A stretch of 63,403 nucleotides of DNA, filler included, from Octopus bimaculoides (Eukaryota), in assembly GCF_001194135.2 (NCBI RefSeq). It is 5 parts of 5 records of this genome, joined end to end, with 100 filler letters (N's around TTAATTAATTAA, not from the genome) between each part and the next. Parts side by side here need not be neighbours in the genome. Positions count along the whole stretch, not along the records: positions 59,348 to 63,403 come from NC_068994.1; 4 more parts are not named here. One strand, given 5' to 3'. Shown here piece by piece: positions 59,791 through 63,403 of this stretch (position 1 is its first letter; each line of letters starts with the position of its first letter). Both the position numbers and the translations under genes were made by a program. The notes below the pieces were generated by a model that saw only the letters and a program-made list of their open reading frames with translations, was not told the DNA's origin and did not search any database.

Positions 59791-60857
59791 GTTTATATAA
59801 AATATAATTATCATAGAAGTCAACCAAATTTAAAATTCACCATCGATGTGGTTTTTCTTTTTTTCCTTTATGCTATTTTTATAATTCCAATTTTGCTTTA
59901 AATTCCTCTAAACCAGTCTTTAAAAATTGCTTGAAGGTCAAATTACTTTTCTTTCTTCACTTAAACATTTTATTTGGTTGCGCAGTACTTGGCCATGGGA
60001 TCTTCTAATTATTTTGTTTCCTCAGAATGATTCTTGTGAATGATTTTTCTTTTAATATTTCAGCAGATATTTTCAAGTCTTAATATTTAAAAATTAATTT
60101 CATTATCTAAAGCCTTTAAGAGGATTTCAAATAATTCTAATCAACCAAAGGACATTAAGAGGATAGAAGACTGAAATTTCCATCATTTACTCCATGTCTT
60201 TTTTTTTTTTTATCATCTTCATTCTTTGTATAATTACAACATCCTTGAAGCTTTGGCTGGTTTTGTGGTTTCCCATACAGAATTAATTCCCATCATATCA
60301 AACAGAAGTCCACATGTTCAAACTCGTGGTAGTTGTTTCGTCGTGTTTGTGGAGAGACTTAATCCTGTGTAACTTAGCATTCTTTTGACAATTATAACAC
60401 TCATTGATAAAAGGAAAACCCTTGCTGAACAAATTTTTTGATTCAACTTCAGTTTTCAAACCTCTTCACTGCCAATGCTCTTGGGTTTCAATGTTGATGT
60501 TCTTGGATCGCAGTGAGAATACTCGACACTTGCATTTCTTTCACGATCTTAAATCTTAGTTCCTATGTCTACATTGAAAAAGCACATCAAAGAAAATTAC
60601 GAGACACCGTGACGCTAGTATACCAAAATAAATCTAGATTATTTTTGAGAAGAGATCTTCGCAGATGACGTCAAAATGGTCTCGAAGATGTGAAGATCAT
60701 TGTTTCTAAAGGTGTCACATTACTGACCAAAAGAGCGGCAGTTTGTTTTCTGTCGTAATCATAGCTGTGACTAAGCGGAAAGCAATTGACTTTCTCTTTA
60801 TGCCTGCAGGTATTGTGAACTAGTACACTGTTCAATATTGTACTGAGTAATTAATAG

Positions 60858-61283
60858 CTTAAAATTTTGGCACAAGGCCAGCAATTTCGGGGAGGTGGTA
60901 AGCCGATTACAGCGACCCCATTGTGTTCGACTGATACTTATTTTATCGACCCTGAAAGGATGAAAGGCAAAGTCGACTCCGGTGGTATTTGAACTCGGTA
61001 CGTAAAGTCGGAAGAAATGCCGCTAAGCATTTTTTTTCGGCGAGATAATTATTTTGCCAGCTCGTCGCTTTCTTGTACCGTTCAAATTTTGGTACAAGGC
61101 CAGCAGTTTTGGGGGAAAAGCTAAGTCGATTAACTCAACTCCAGTGCTCGACTGGTACCTTGAAAAGAAGGATGAAAGGCGAAGTCGACCTGGGTAGAAT
61201 TTGAACTCAGAACTTGAATACAAACGAAATGCCGCTTAACATTTTGCCCAGTGTGTTAACGGTTCTGCCAGCTTACCGCCTTC
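60858..61283 (-). mobile_element. Two adjacent same-orientation SINE family A copies
   Basis: 60858-61075 and 61080-61283 both carry the head, the GTCGACTT(T/C)GCCTTTCATCC core and the CTGGCCTTGT(G/A)CCAAAAT tail. Confidence 0.85.
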
Positions 61284-61688
61284 TTGTGCTGTATAATTAA
61301 TAAATGATTTTATTAACTTTCAATGACACGTTCTAACCTTTATGTAAGCATAGATAAGCCAACGAGAAACTGCTTCAGTACTCAGCCTCTGACTTAAAAC
61401 TTGGCAACATATACTTTCATCTCCCCACTTACTCCCAGATTAATTTTGTTCTCATTACTTCAGAATTGTTAAAATAAGTAGCTTGCATGTATTAATATTG
61501 ATTCAACTGACAATACTATTTTTCGACAAATTAGTACCTTTGTGGATCATTCTCATGAAAGTTAAATGAAAACAGATTTTCAAAACGCTCAGAGAGAGCA
61601 CTGTATGCCTATAAAAGTATGTTGAAATAGTCTGTCTTCGATCAAATATCGATATTGGGACATTTTCTTCCAGATCTACACTATATGG

Positions 61689-62075
61689 GTGGAGGCGCAA
61701 TGGCCCAGTGGCTAGGGCAGCGGACTCGCGGTCATAGGATTGCGGTTTCGATTCCCAGACCGGGCGTTGTGAGTGTTTATTGAGTAAAAACATGTAAAGT
61801 TCCACAAGGCTCCGGCAGGGGGTGGTGGCGAACCCTGCTGTACTCTTCCACCACAACTTTCTCTCACTCTTACTTCCTGTTTCTGTTGTGCCTGTAATTC
61901 AAAGGGTCAGCCTTGTCACAATGTGTCACGCTGAATATCCCCGAGAACTACATTAAGGGTACACGTGTCTGTGGAGTGCTCAGCCATTTGCACGTTAATT
62001 TCACGAGCAGGCTGTTCCGTTGATCGGATCAACTGGAACACTCAACGTCGTAAGCGACGGAGTACCAACAACAAC
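61689..62075 (+). mobile_element. SINE family B, full length, with 11-bp target site duplication
   Basis: A box TGGCCCAGTGG, B box GGTTTCGATTCC, (CAA)n tail. TSD ACACTATATGG at 61678-61688 and 62074-62084. Confidence 0.92.
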
Positions 62076-62284
62076 ACTATATGGAAGATGTCGAAGGTAT
62101 TTGTCTTCAGAGAAGTCACATCCATTGTTTGTCACACGCGTCACGCCAGATAAAAGAGAAATGAAACCACAGACAAGCATTTTTGGAAATTTCAAGGTCA
62201 GTGTTAATAAACACCACGAGGCTTTTTATGCTGCTCTGAAGAAATCCAGAGAAAATTGCAGTTAATATTATCAGGTGAAAAAAA

Positions 62285-62500
62285 GCGATGATCGGGCAGA
62301 ATCTTTAGTACGTCGGGCGAAATACTTAGCAGCATTTCGTCCGTCTCTATGTTTTGAGTTCAAATTTCACCAAGGTTGTCTTTGCCTTTCAGCTTTTGAC
62401 AGTCAATAAAATAAGTAACAGTAGAACGCTAGGTCGTTGTAGTCGACTTAATCCCTCCCCTGAAGTTGCTGGCTTTGTGCCAAAATTTAAAACCAATATT
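62285..62500 (+). mobile_element. SINE family A
   Basis: GGGCAGAATCTTTAGTACGTCGGGCGAAATACTTAGC..GAGTTCAAATTTCACC..GTGCCAAAATTTAAAACCAAT. Confidence 0.82.
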
Positions 62501-63130
62501 TACTGGTGAAGAACGCTATTTTCTGAGATGTCACGTACGCCACACATTTTTGGATCCTCTTAATAAAATTCAGTGTACATCGCAGGTAAAATTATTTTCG
62601 TTTAATACTTGCCTGGGTCGCTAAACTTAACTGTGAAAAATGAATCAATGAAATTCTTGTGAATGTTCAAAATTTAGATTTAGATATTTCTTAATTTGTA
62701 TCTCTGACTGTCACGAGAGAACGGCCCATGTGCTAATATGAGAATCGATTATCAATTCTGATCTGGAACAATTCAATCAACCTCTGTATATCGCTGGTGT
62801 AGCAAGTTATAATAAACGTTTATCGGCAGTAATATGACGTCATGGTCATCTTGGTCGAATAGGTATAATTGTTAGTTTACCATTGGTTAAAATTACTGCC
62901 CATATTTGAATTCTAACTTTCGTCAAAGAGAAATCTTTCACGAAATATGGTTCTTAGAATTCAGCTATGAGCAGTTATAAAAACCTTGCTTTTTGGGAAA
63001 TTAATCAGTGTTCGTTGGTTGTCACTCAATTCCACGACACTCACTCTCTTGAGATATTGGTTATTGCCATGCCAAGTCTCGTATCTAATTCAATAAGGCT
63101 ATTTTGAATCGTTGCTTAAAACTCTGGTAG

Positions 63131-63331
63131 CTTAGTTAAAGAAAAATGAGTTAATATAAATTTTATGTCGTAACTCTCTACGACAGTCCTCTTTTGACTT
63201 ATAAAAGTGTACTGTAAATATTAAATGTACGCAAATAAACTAATTTACAGTACATTTTTATAAGTCAAAAGAGGACTGTCGTAGAGAGTTACGACATAAA
63301 ATTTATATTAAGTAATTTTTCTATAACTAAG
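63131..63331. repeat. Fold-back inverted repeat: 89-bp arms (85/89; inner 69 bp 68/69), 23-nt spacer
   Basis: 63131-63219 versus reverse complement of 63243-63331. Confidence 0.95.
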
Positions 63332-63344
63332 GTACAAGACTTTT

Positions 63345-63403
63345 ACTTGTTTCAGTCATTTGACTGCGGTCATGCTGGAGCACCGCCTTTAGTCGAGCAA
63401 ATC
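63345..63403 (-). mobile_element. SINE family D tail, cut by the window end
   Basis: TTTTACTTGTTTCAGTCATTTGACTGCGGTCATGCTGGAGCACCGCCTTTAGTCGAGCAAATC. Confidence 0.85.

Noticed and set aside
61689-61765. tRNA-like sequences with A and B boxes (also 12910-12983, 15895-15970, 33520-33600)
   Set aside because: They are SINE heads: they continue into SINE bodies with tails or TSDs and lack a proper acceptor stem.

Overview
AT-rich, repeat-saturated animal genomic DNA with about 5 kb of N gaps. The SINE families and microsatellite load point to a coleoid cephalopod, probably Octopus (inference from recognising the repeats). I find no intact, recognisable protein-coding gene; nearly all listed ORFs are microsatellite or N-gap artefacts. 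The supportable content is: (i) about 40 copies or fragments of several tRNA-derived SINE families; (ii) decayed LINE relics (RTE, R4/Dong-like, CR1); (iii) mariner, Tc1 and hAT relics; (iv) a 5'-truncated U6 snRNA pseudogene; (v) three Penelope-like element (PLE) GIY-YIG relics. The most interesting signal is tied to the PLEs: a set of minimal type I hammerhead ribozyme (HHR) motifs, one with an intact core at 14307-14348, and three long fold-back inverted repeats (29802-30204, 46861-47040, 63131-63331) that appear to be built from HHR-bearing PLE terminal sequence. Four N44-TTAATTAATTAA-N44 linkers are assembly joins, so the window is five separately assembled pieces and adjacency across the joins is not guaranteed. 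Identities were counted by eye and no database search was run.
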